A stretch of 64,000 nt of DNA from NCBI RefSeq assembly GCF_001194135.2, contig NC_068984.1, forward strand, positions 49,739,009 to 49,803,008, written 5' to 3'. This document shows, one piece after another, positions 49,318-61,483 of the stretch (the stretch's first letter is position 1; each line of letters begins with the position of its first letter). This DNA is from Octopus bimaculoides (lineage: Eukaryota). The notes under the pieces were generated by a model. It saw only the letters and a list, made by a program, of their open reading frames with translations. It ran no database searches and was not told the origin of the DNA. Both the position numbers and the translations under genes were made by a program.

Positions 49318-52169
49318 CAGGGTGTGATCTGAGAGGCGTAAAGTTGTAGTTTCTAGCAAGTGGAGTGAACGTATAGAGGTTTCCCTTGTTGGCTCGCATG
49401 CATGTGATACACATATTTACTGGTTTCTGTAGATGTAGGCGTTACATTCCTTGCATCGCTATTACACTCCTATATGCATCCTTCTCAGAGCACACAGTCA
49501 TTACAAGTACTGCGTCACATGTCTTTAGCCTTAGCTATCACTGTACATCTACCGTTTAATCCCTGTTTCGTGTGAACATAGGACTAGCAAGCGCTGAAAA
49601 CCAACGCTTGAAACCATTTCACTTTACTAGCATTATTAATACCATTAAAAGTCATGAGATGCCCAATATCTCAATTTCTATTTCTGCTTAAGCCTTGTCT
49701 CTCAGAGAGAAACTAACTCAGTAAAGATTTGAAACAGTGAGTCAATTTCCACTTAATTTGACATTTCACTAGATTTGTCACCGAACACTCACTCCTCGCA
49801 CTCCTACCACCTTACTACGAGAAATGTAAAGTACAGAAAGAATGTCCAGTATGTTATTCAGAAGTTCGGTTTTGTAAATGAAGAGATACAGACTTACGAC
49901 ACTTCAACCAGCATGACTAATATTTTATCCACTCAAGAATTGCAGATTTCCATTGATTTCATTTAATGAATGTCAAAATTCAAACTTACCTACAATGAAA
50001 AGAAAAAAAAAACAGTAATTAGTTTACAAGAAAATAAAAAAAATAAACGTACATTTCTTTTCAAAGCAAAAGTATTATTATATCGATGAGAAAAAAAAAA
50101 GGTGGAGGGGGGGGTTCAAACCAAAACATTCGGATCATAGCTATGAAAGGTGGGGAAGCAACACATTTTTATACAGCGTATTTAAGGCAGTAGTTAAACC
50201 CTTAAAACCTACAGTTGTTGGTCAATATCTGTCCAAGCAGATTTATAATCGAAAATCATTCCCTTCATTCGAGAAGTCATTCACTTCATATAAACAAAAG
50301 CCATTCCATTAGTCAGAGGAGAAAGGGCTATGATTTTCTCTTAAACATTTTATATAAGAAATAGAGGGTAAAAAGCTTTGCCAGTGGTGATTCTATCGAA
50401 AAAGGGATACCGGCACTTAAGTTATCCCCGCTAGACTTTTATTAATAATCGATTTCAGTAAAAGATGAATCAAAACCGATTCGGGTGGGATTTGTGTGAA
50501 GTAATGAGCTAAATGTAGTAAATAACCTAATAAAGTTTGAATCTGATTATTGAGAACTCTCATACAAAAGAAAACAAAAGCATAAAGATCAAAAATAAAA
50601 TCGCGCAAAATTTGTGTTTCTTTCTTCACGTGTGGAACACTTACATTATATCACTAATACATAACTTGTATTTAAGTTAAATCTGAACGGATGAAAGACT
50701 AAGTCGACAATCACAGCAGACCACCATTCGAAACAAAAATTGGCTTTCTCTACACTTAGTTTATAGTTCTTAACTTGTTACAATACAAATATTACAAATA
50801 TTGTTGTACATAATTAGTTTCAGATCATCAGGCCTGATTAAGCAAATTCATGAAGTGTTCTAGCTGTCATCACCCTGCCTTTTATTCCAATGTTCAACTA
50901 GGTTCTCTTTATCTACTGCATCTTCCTGTTTTAAGACGATAGTATACGATTTAAGAAATGTGGCATCTGTTAAAATACTGATAATAATATTAGATTACTT
51001 ATATTTGAAATATATATATATACAATAAAATATGTAATATAAAAATAAATATAATAAGGACGAAATCTGAAAATACTAAAATGAAAAAAGTAAATATTTC
51101 TTTTGGAATTATAAAAAGGAACATTTTAAAAACACTACTGACGTCCTAATTTTTGTTTAAGTAATAATTTCCATCACGAATTCGATACATCGGAAAAACT
51201 TTACAAAGATCTTTAAATGTGATATATATATGGATTTATTTAAATCTGTGGCGTTGTAACATTCAAACTTTGAGCAAAGAGAGAGAGAGAAGGACGAGGT
51301 CACAAGAGAAGGAATGGAACGAAAAACTCTTTCACACATACATTATATCTTACTTTTTTCTGAGCCAAACTCAATCATACAATAGATAAGTCTATTTATC
51401 TCTTGTCTAGACATAAACTCTTACATATTTTTTAGGGTGGGAGTGGAATGAGAACTGACTCGCAGTGATATTCATGCTTTTCCCGCAATGTAGATGGGCT
51501 AATTGCAGAAACATATCCTGCAGTCCATGTATAAGTTGATCAGTTGTTTTTTTTTTTATAACATCCGATCAATCGCGAATGTTTCAGCTAAGTCCGTCAA
51601 ATACTGCATTATACAATGTGATTTGAGAAAAATTTAGTTGCTATCTATGGCAGATCAAGCATGTGGATATTTCTGATGCGCGGTAGATAAATGCATAAGT
51701 CTCTGTAGATTGGTTTTAGATACGGTAGCAGAACAAATCGATAAGGTGCATTCAACCAAATACAGTCCAGCAGTTATTAACCTGTCATCGTATTCCGTAC
51801 CTGGTCAAGGCATTTAATTTTCCAATGATTAAATCCAAGCAACTATAAGCAGCAGTTTTGAATGTAAATACTTACAATGAGTGGACCCTACGAAAGGTGA
51901 CTTGCTCTAAATGAGCACAGAGTTTTAGTAACCTCTGTTAGCCAATGGGGTTATGGATGTCCACCCCACCTCTACAGATCTCGTAGAATTTCTTCAAATC
52001 ACATCTTATGGTCATCGAAAAGATGGAGTGGTCTCAGCTGAAAGGTTTACCTGGACATAGATCAGTTTGAAAATGAATGTATTGGAGCGAAACAGCAGCA
52101 ACAAGAACGTGATACAAGAATCTTTATATACTCTAGCGTAATTGTTGTAAGATTAAACTGAACAGCTAC

Positions 52170-52240
52170 TGCTGTGATCCAGCGGTAAGTACTTGATGAA
52201 CCAGTTCATGAACTGGTTTCGATTCCCACTGGAGTCCACC
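52170..52240 (+). mobile_element. Isolated tRNA-like SINE head remnant
   Basis: gtgatccagcggtaag (A-box-like) ... ggtttcgattccc (B box). Confidence 0.5.
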
Positions 52241-52837
52241 CACCTTCACTTACGTATGTATTATATTTGGTAAACGAACCTGAACACAACAGTTGCTCAT
52301 TTAGTCTGCCATGTAAATCTCAAGCGTTATGCATATGCATTATTATTATCATTATTATTTCGTTCTCAGATAAACGTCTTAGTGCAATCGTATTTTTCCG
52401 TTAAGCCAGTTTGATCTAATTTCAACTCCCTGTTGTGCGTGCGTATGTGTTAAAAAAGTTAAACAATTAACGAGTCCCATGTCATCAGTAATGCATTGCT
52501 AAGCGTTTCAACTGAAGGAAAGAAAACCAATAAAAACAACACGCATCAACAGAAATAGGCTAAACCAAGCTAGCTTTAAGATATAAAGCCGAACGATTTA
52601 TTTTTAGAAAACTCTCTCTAAGTGATTAGTTTGTAGTGTGGGGAGAAAGCAGCACGAGAACCCTACATGTCAATAGCTTTCTTGGAATTGCTTATAAATT
52701 AAATATAATTAGTGCTTTCATTTCTCTCCTTCGAAAAGCTGGGCCTTTTTTCTGGTCAGTGAAATGAAAAATTAAGTGAATGCCTAGCTTTCTTTATGTT
52801 GCATATTTGAAACCAAGTACCATAATACACGAGCTAA

Positions 52838-52920
52838 AATAAGTGTGTGAATCCTAGATGGGAATATGCAGAATAAGATCATAATAATCAAAGTCAGGAA
52901 CTTTTCAGCACCCCCTCGTA
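52838..52920 (+). mobile_element. Right end of the same mariner family as 43475-43683
   Basis: aaataagtgtgtgaatcctagatgggaatatgcagaataagatcataat..caggaacttttcagcaccccctcgTA. Confidence 0.8.
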
Positions 52921-55900
52921 TACCCGAGTTTCAGTGTTACAATTATTATTATTATTATTATTGAAACACATACAAATCTAGTTTAACCCGAAAGCAGCTC
53001 TGATCAAATGACACTTGAACGTGAACATTCTGTTTCTGTGTATCAAGAAATGCACTGTTCAATGTTTTCAACTGTCATTGAAGACTGTATAAGTGTGGTA
53101 TGAAGGAGAATTAGCAGCTGCACGTTAGTCTAACAAGCGATCATGCTGATATTCTTCACCGACACAAAATATATGCTTTTGTAACTATGAGAGTTCAAAA
53201 AATAGGAACTTAACTTCGGGTAGTATATTGGCAACCTGAATGAGATTATCTCTCCCAGGTGCATTCTGTTTTAAAATAAATCTGAGATTGTGTCTGAGAC
53301 ATTAATTTTTCTTAAAATAGATTCAGTTACATAATTTTTTAAAATTACTAATTCTAGTCAACCAAAATTTTTTGGCTCATTACACTAAGTACCAAATTTA
53401 CTAATAGTCTGCAGCCATAATTTGTAGAAGTACAGATACTTGTTACCACTAGGTGAACTAGAACATGCAATAATCAGTGTACCTTGAAAAACCATTACGA
53501 AATATCAACGGTGGGTGTGAATTCAAGCGGTAAGATTTCACGATCGAATACCTTATCTACAATACTAATTTATCTTGTACGAGTCAATGGAATAAATTTT
53601 AAAAAGGTCATTTGGTTTGCTAGAAATAGCAGCCTCTGTTAACTCAGAGTTTACTGTCTTAAATAAAAGATACATTAAACAAAGTATAGATGTCTATGGC
53701 TGGAATGCCTTTGATTATAGGTCTAATTGATTAGGTCTTTATTGAGGGCAAAAATCCGCACAAGAATGTATATTATATTTATGCCTGTTTGGAAGTTGCC
53801 CATCATTCAAGAACTGAGCAATAGACAAAACTCTTCTTTAGACACCAGAAAAGTTTGAAGTCGTCAAGGGAAAGAACAGAGAAGAGCAAATTAGAAAGGT
53901 AAAACTAGAAAAACACAAGTAAAAGTACAGAGAAAAATTCATCGAAAAGTCTGATTTGAACATCCATCAATTTTGACAGTTCCGATTTATTAGTCATTGT
54001 TGGGATTTGAACTTGTTTAAAGACGGCTTGAATACTGACACTTCGCTTTCTGAAAAAAGTCTCTGTTGGTCATTTCAGTACTTCAGTCTCCCTACGACAT
54101 ACAAATTTATACAAATTTGCAAACTATACGTAATGATTTTCACTGACACAGATCAACATTAGTTTCTTCGGACTGGAGTTTTTATTTCCTACATATTGAA
54201 TCTCAGAACAGAACAGAGCAACTTAGTGTCCCGAGATAGTTATCCTTGTTGTTGCTAATCTATCTTATTTTCGTTATGGTAAGCAAAACAATAAATGTTC
54301 AAAACGTATTAAAGAGGAAAGATATATATTGGAAAACAATTGAGAAAACCATAGATTATAACATCAAAAGCTACAAATATAATCTTGAGTTACCTCTTGA
54401 GTTTTATGGGAATCAAATGACGCGTGAATTATCTTCGAAAATTAGAACAAACATATAGTCGTGAATTGACTTATACCAGAAGGAAAATAGAAAGAAAAAT
54501 ATACCGAAGATCGAGAAAGTAAGAGAGGAAAGAGTATGAGACAATTTGTTCTTATATTAACAAATATTGGTATTTCATTCAATCTTACCCCCTCTCTCTC
54601 TTTCACGCATACACACAAGAGCAAAACGAAAATGACTTCTACAAAAACAGAGAAAAAAAATCCATATTGATTATATTTTCCTGTCTTCTGATGATATTAA
54701 ATAGAGTGAGAAAGAGAGAGAGAGAGAGAGAAAAAAAAACGAGATTAATTAAGAGAATCAATCAATGAGGGTTTATAAAAAATTGCAGAGAATCTATAAG
54801 CTCAGACATCTTAATGGACTCTAAATTCTATAGAGCGAGTCGAATGTCTATAGCAAAGTGCTACGTCAATGGAAGCCAATGTCACCATATAAAGGTTAAG
54901 GAATGATATTTTGGCAAACCATTAGTTGCCTCCTACCGATGTGTTAGAAATGTTTGCCAACATTATTATGAAATAAAACTTTACATTTATGTTACCAAAT
55001 AAGTGAAAACGATTGCCAGATTGCTGATTAGCATAATTTCGAATAAGAGTTTCATTTAACTTATAAAACTGAGTGTTCAAAACATCTTTCAGAAAAGTTT
55101 TACATGAAGCTTAAGCAGAGAAAAGAAACAATGATAGGAGCAGTTGTAGTCTTTAAGAGATAACAAAACCTTAAGCCACCGGTTTTGATACCAGTGTGAA
55201 GCTAGTTCACTTTACCTTGACGAATTCCTGGATGAATGAGGCGGAGAGGACATTCACCGTAGATAAGTGGAAAGTACAAGGTATAAAATTTAAGCCTAGG
55301 GTAGGTCAGAGCTACTGCGTAATTTCAATTCGTTTTCCCCATTGGGAAAGCCCGTTCTATTTCCACATATGCCTCCAGACAAAAATACACACGGTAAAGG
55401 TTACCGAGAACAAGTCCGATATAATTTCATTTATAGGAAACCTTGCTTTTTTGTAGTCTTGTAAGAGTATATGATTAGATTTTATTACATAGAAATTACG
55501 TGCTGGCTCGCTAACTATGATGATTAAAAACTAATTAAAGAATAGTGTGAAATTGACTGAAACGAACAAGCAATTTAAAGCGTGTTCTAATTAGTCTAAT
55601 CATTTTTACTATAACCAGTGTATATATGTATATATATTGTGCTTATATATGGATTCGTTTATAGAAATGGATTGATAAGCGTGTGCAATAGAAAACGACG
55701 TTACTACCTTTTAGGATTCATGCCTTAGGTATAGACTATTGCTGTCTGCACACAAGTGTGAATTTAAGAGTATTTTTGATTAAAAGATGAAGAATTAGGC
55801 AAATACTGAAAGTATAAAAAATGTATGCTGAATACCAGAACTATAAAACTAGTGTAGGATTATTTTTTCTATACATTTATTACATGATATAATGGAATAC

Positions 55901-56379
55901 ACTGTTGCCCAGCCTGTATGGAATAGTGACACTATTCCTTTTGGAGATTTGTGTCATTATTTTGCTGTAGAACAGATAACACACACACACAAACAACGTA
56001 CTTATGCGTGCGACCGCATGTTCATGAATATGCATACAAATACATATTTACATACACCTATGAACATGTATCATGCATCGCAATTGCCTGTATAGGAGGT
56101 AAATATTTGTACGCAATTTAGTAGATTGTAGTTGGGAAACGAATATATTATAGCATTTTATCCAGTCAGCAAAGCTATTTATTGTTCTATTTCCTTTGTA
56201 ATTCTTCCTTTAATTGCTGTGTTTAATAAATGCATGCTATATATAGGCGTAACAGCCGGAAACTTGCGCGGCCTACGAGCGCGGAAATTTTCATGCATGC
56301 GCAGGAGAGGCGGCATCACCTCCCACCAGAGGATTGTGCCTACGTGGCATTAGCTTTGACGAGGGAAATAAAAAAGTCG

Positions 56380-56403
56380 GGAACTTTTTGAATGCACCGC
56401 GTA
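56380..56403 (+). mobile_element. Mariner-like right TIR (ggaactttttgaatgcaccgcg-TA) ending a CpG-rich segment
   Basis: Reverse complement TACGCGGTGCATTCAAAAAGTTCC resembles the mariner TIR seen at 43475. No matching left end found. Confidence 0.5.
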
Positions 56404-56655
56404 AACCACACAAACGCACTTCTAAGCAAATTGTGATGCAGTGAAGGATGTAATGTGTAATTAATTTCCTTATTTTTACGAAGTTACATACGAAGTAAAT
56501 GACAAAGAAAATTAATTAACAAACCGTCGAAAAGCTTATATGTTTGGTATTGAAAACTAGAAAATTACCAAATCATAGAGAGAAAGAGAGAGAAATAAAG
56601 GAGAGAGTATACGTATTTTTAGACATGTACATTAAGGCATTGAATATGTGACGTA

Positions 56656-57012
56656 TACAGGGTGTTCAGGCCAAATTTGACGTTTTTCTTTATAATGTTT
56701 GCTCATTTCAGCAATAGCTGGACGTATAGGTAAACAGTCAGTGGCATTGAAGAGCATAAAGGCTAGAGTTGTTGTTGAGAGGAAAGTTTAGCTGACATGA
56801 ACTGGAAGCCATTTGAATTCTGGAAAACAGTTACGTGTCGTGAGAATTCATGCCAGATATCAAAATGCTGACACCATGACTACTGCTCCATGCTCTGTGA
56901 ACACTGAAAAAGCTGTGAGACTTTAACATGGACAGCTGCAACGGAGTCTACGAGGCTGAAGCCAGCAAGAAATAAGATAGCAAGCGTTCTGACTGCATCC
57001 GTACGCATAATT
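56656..57012 (+). mobile_element. 5' fragment of a Tc1/mariner-like element
   Basis: TA-CAGGGTGTTCAGG start; degenerate N-terminal frame DSCNGVYEAEASKK*DSKRSDCIRT resembles the R......R.D..RT linker after the HTH of such transposases (from memory). Confidence 0.5.
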
Positions 57013-57063
57013 TCAGCCCCACATCTTTGACCAGGACCTTAGACTCAATTCCAAAAGTAATTT

Positions 57064-57094
<31 letters not shown>

Positions 57095-59797
57095 TGCATT
57101 GGAGTATTGTGCTTTCATTTCCTTTCATGCTAACTCTCCAATTTAGCACGAACACCGAAGCCCACGTGATAGAGTGTGTAAACTCAAATTCAACAGAAAA
57201 TATTTTCGGATCTCTGTGTGTGGAAGGTAGCGGGGAGAAACGGAGACAGAGATTCGTATGTATTCAACAATAACTAATAAAACAGACGGACTCTACTTTG
57301 CTGATTGACATTCGATACACTATACGAGGCATCATTCATGAGAGACATAATACTGAGTGAACCACTTCTCTGATGAAAGACTAACACTGAAACGTTACTT
57401 TGATATAATTTACATGGGATATGTGTTAAAAAGAGGGCCTGTTGATACAAAGCGACTATTTCTAGCTAACCATTTTTTCAATAACAGAAACTACTTTTAT
57501 CTCTAATTATGGATTTTCGCATTTTTGAAGTCATTCACCATCATCATCACGATCATTAATAATTTTGGCCAACTTTTCTGTATTAATTCAGCAGTGTAGC
57601 TAGGAAAGAGGTAATCCGCACCGCGTGACTATTATGGAGCAGCAATTCTAGGTTGGCTGTACAGACTGTATTGGTTCGAAGGTGCCAATTTGAGTAACGT
57701 AACCAAACCCTGATGTACGCCAAATAGAACAATGTGGATTTGGAAGAAGATCGACAGCGAACGCAGCAACAAAGCGGTTCGACAAATATTCCATTTTAAG
57801 AGATAAGACCAGTCACCGGTTGCTGGTGTCACATCAAGAACAAAGTTTCTCACAAGAAACTTCAGAAGAGCAAGCGGCCATTGATTTGGGATATACTTCT
57901 ACGACAGAAGTTCGATCTTGTTGTACAGAAACAGCAGTGGGGAGGGGGGGGGTCACCAAGAAGAGAAATAAAATGAAAGTAAGGAATAAGGAGGCTCCTT
58001 ACAATTGTAACATTTNNNNNNNNNNCTCCTTACAATTGTAACATTTTAAAGAGTGGGGCGAAAGGTGCATAGTGAGATTAAATATTTAAATTGAAAAACA
58101 TATCTTACTCAGGAGCCCTATCAAACATTTATGGAGGAGAGGGAAACGATATAATATTTACACACTGGTAATGCTAGTGAGAAGTATAAGGAAAAGGAAT
58201 TGACTTCGACTAAGAACCGAAAGCAGAGTAGGCTTTGAAACATCATACTGTTTGCTATGTAGGAGCCGTTTTCTTCGTTCTAAGCAAGAACATTACAGTC
58301 CCAACTCAAATGTCACTACAGTATTAAGTTATATCTGTAAGTTGTATGTTTCAAATATAAATCCCACAGGAGTCGACTTTACCTTTCATCTAGGAGGAAG
58401 AGGGCGGTCTTTAAAATTAATAACAGATATGTGCCTGTTAAGTAACTAACAAGCTGATACAATGAACTATACTATACTAAGTTTTTGGTTCTGTACATCT
58501 GTAAGTAATCAATATTATTGTTGACTACAGGATGAAAAGCAGTGGAGCGAAAGAATAGGTTGTGAGGACATATGAAATTTCTTGCTGTAGTGAGTTACAT
58601 TCTCTTATGCTCTGAATTCAAATTCATCCTGGTCAATGCTGCCTTCCACCATTCCAGAATTGATAAAATAGGTAACAGTCAAGTACTGGACGATAGAACC
58701 AACTAAAACTTTGCCCAGCCAATGAGATCTATCTCTTTTAGAAACCATTATTCTTCTGGGTCAGAATCGATTGCTCTTTATATTACTAAAAATCGTTTAC
58801 TTTGCATTTCTTCTCTTAAGAAAAATGAATTGATTCTCTCTTTTTACAAATAACCTATCAACACTGAAAATTATGATTGCTCTGATAGGGCTGACATGTG
58901 TGTGTGTAGGAGGAGAGAGACGGAGAGATTAAAAGCGTCCCAGCAATTACTATATAGTCGTTTTTGTATATCTGATCTGAAAATATAGAAACTATATTGT
59001 TGAATCAGTTTTTTAATTAAAAAAAAAAAAAAGAATGTTAGGGTCTGATTTATGCATATTTTCTCTAACTTTTTCTTTTAGGATTTTATAGACGATATAT
59101 AATTTCTTACATATAAGAGGTAGCATATACCTAACTCAGTTTGCCATGGCTCACCAGCTTTATACGGACGGTCAAATTGATTAAAAAGGGAACAGATCGT
59201 TGTCATTGTTAGCACGCACTGAGATCGGCCAAATCAGCAGAGATTTGTGCAGAAATGACTTATAATATTCATATGCCAGATATTGGATTCAAGTTCAAAT
59301 CTCGTAGATAGTGAGAAATTTTCATCGTTGATAGCAACAACTTCAGCGGCACAACGTTAGCAAAAGTGGTACTGCTGAAGATGGGAACGAACAATGAAAA
59401 TGACAGCAGCATAATAAGACGTCATATATATGCTGATAGATGAAAATACAAAACCAATCTTGACGGGATTTGAACATAGATTTAAATTTAAGTTCAAAGC
59501 CTCTACGTAATGAGCATAGATATTGCAGAGTATTTTATCTGTCACTTTAACGAATCTACTGAGACACGACGGAAAAAAAAAAGTAGAAATAATATTCTCC
59601 TGCATCATGTCTTCATTGAAACCTATTGTCCAAAAAACATCCTACTTCTTTCATTCATTCATTTACTGTTTTCAATCAATAGATTGCAGACATCATAGAG
59701 CGAACGACTCTATCGCTTGTTTTAATCTAATATTTTTTATCTATCTATTTGCCGCTGTCTTACACGACAAACAACACAAACACACAAGGAACACACA

Positions 59798-60166
59798 CTT
59801 GTTTCAGTCATTTGTAAGCAAGCATGCTGGAGACCACCTTGAAGAGTTTTAGTGGAATGAGTTGACGACTGAACTTATTGTTTGTGTTTGTTTTTTCCAT
59901 AAAAGCTGTTTCTTATTTTATCGGATCCTTTTGCCGAACCATTAAGAGCTGTAAACAAACCAGCACCGGTTGTCAAGCAGTGGTGGGACAAACACCTACA
60001 GATACATACATATACACGATGGGCTTCTTTCCGTTCCCATCTACTAAATCCATTCACAATGTTTTGGTTAGCCTGGAGCTATAATAGATTTGCCCAAGGT
60101 GCAACGCAGTGGGATTGAACTCGGAACCATGTGGTTGAGAAGCGACCTTCGTACCACACAGCCACG
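59798..60166 (-). mobile_element. SINE family C
   Basis: cttgtttcagtcatttg..gcatgctggag..ccggttgtcaagc..gggattgaactcggaaccatgtggttg..accacacagcca. Confidence 0.85.
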
Positions 60167-61190
60167 CTGGACAATTTTCATCACTATTACTAAAAGACAC
60201 TCGGCATAGGTGTTGCCTAGTACGAATTGAACCTGAACCTACGATACTGCAGGGCGAAATTCTGAACAGTCACGATATTGCTCTCCCCACCTTTACGTCT
60301 TCGCATTAAATTCAAAAATATAAGATGAATAAATAACTAAATGAATAAATAAATAATCTTCAATTGTAAGTAACCCTGAACTAGAAACCTGATTTAAAAC
60401 CCGATTAAATCCAAAGATTAACAAATAGAGAAAAAATTAATTAAAACTCAAAAATATTATATAAATATCAAATGATTCTGTCCTCGTTTTGAATGTGTAC
60501 GCACACACATGCACACTCAGACACACAAGTTCTTACCGCCTGCAGATCTGAGTTCGAGTGAAGGAAACCCAATACACGACCAGGATTTAAATAGTCTGAG
60601 ATTTGATAATATATTATGTAGCGATAATTTATTCAAATTTATTTTAGATAAGTGCCAAGTAAAGTGGCTGCATGCTTAATTAATTTACTGTGTATTTTAC
60701 TTATAGTATTTCTTCTATTTCATTTACTTGGATTTCTGTGGAAAAGTATTTTACCACATGGTGCTTAGTAAACAAATTATTTTTCAGAGTAGAGAAACAC
60801 ACACACGTACGTATATCTCTATGCATATCTATATTCTCTCTTCCGCCCGTGCGGACAGATGCACACGTAGTGCGCGCGCGCGCACATACACATGCAGGTA
60901 GATATGTCAAATTCACCAAACAAGGATAGACGATAGACAGTTTTAATCGACATCAAACACTAAACATCCGTTCTGAATATATGGAAAGACACGTGTTGCG
61001 CAGAGACAAAGTCAATAACTATTGAAATCATGAGCCCACCAGGGGAACATCTGCTCTCTGGACACGCATCTCGACACGCAAATGTCGACTTGATTGACAC
61101 ACAGACAGATGTCATAATATAGACAACAGCTACTGGAAATCGACAATACGGCAGCTGACGAACAATATATATCTTATTTGTTGCAATCTT

Positions 61191-61349
61191 TAGACTGCGG
61201 CCATGCTGGGCACGGCTCTGAAGAACTTTTAGTCGAATGTATCGGCCCCAGTACTTGATTTTTTTTAAAAGCCTGCTTCTTATCCTATCGGTCTCTTTTG
61301 CCGCCGCTAAAGGGGACATAAACAGGGACACAAAAACAACCTTACCACA

Positions 61350-61388
<39 letters not shown>

Positions 61389-61483
61389 ACAACGGACTTC
61401 TTTCAGTTTCCATCATCCAAATCCCCTCACAAGGCTTTGATCGGCCCGAGGCTATAGAAGAAGACAGTAGCCAAAGGTGCCAC
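61191..61483 (-). mobile_element. SINE family C, 5'-truncated, with internal (TG)n
   Basis: gactgcggccatgctgg..tttagtcg..ctatcggtctcttttgccg..caaggctttgatcggcccgaggctatag. Confidence 0.85.

Larger units (their letters stand above)
3390..58025. other. Assembly gaps (N runs) at 3390-3697, 4735-4929, 11815-11920, 16372-16984, 22479-23114, 24457-25192, 29093-29637, 30200-30299, 30522-30531, 33220-33229, 58016-58025
   Basis: N characters read directly; most gaps abut micro- or minisatellites. Confidence 0.98.

Noticed and set aside
57995-58046. 21-bp direct repeat ctccttacaattgtaacattt flanking a 10-N gap
   Set aside because: Typical unmerged contig overlap, an assembly artefact rather than a TSD.
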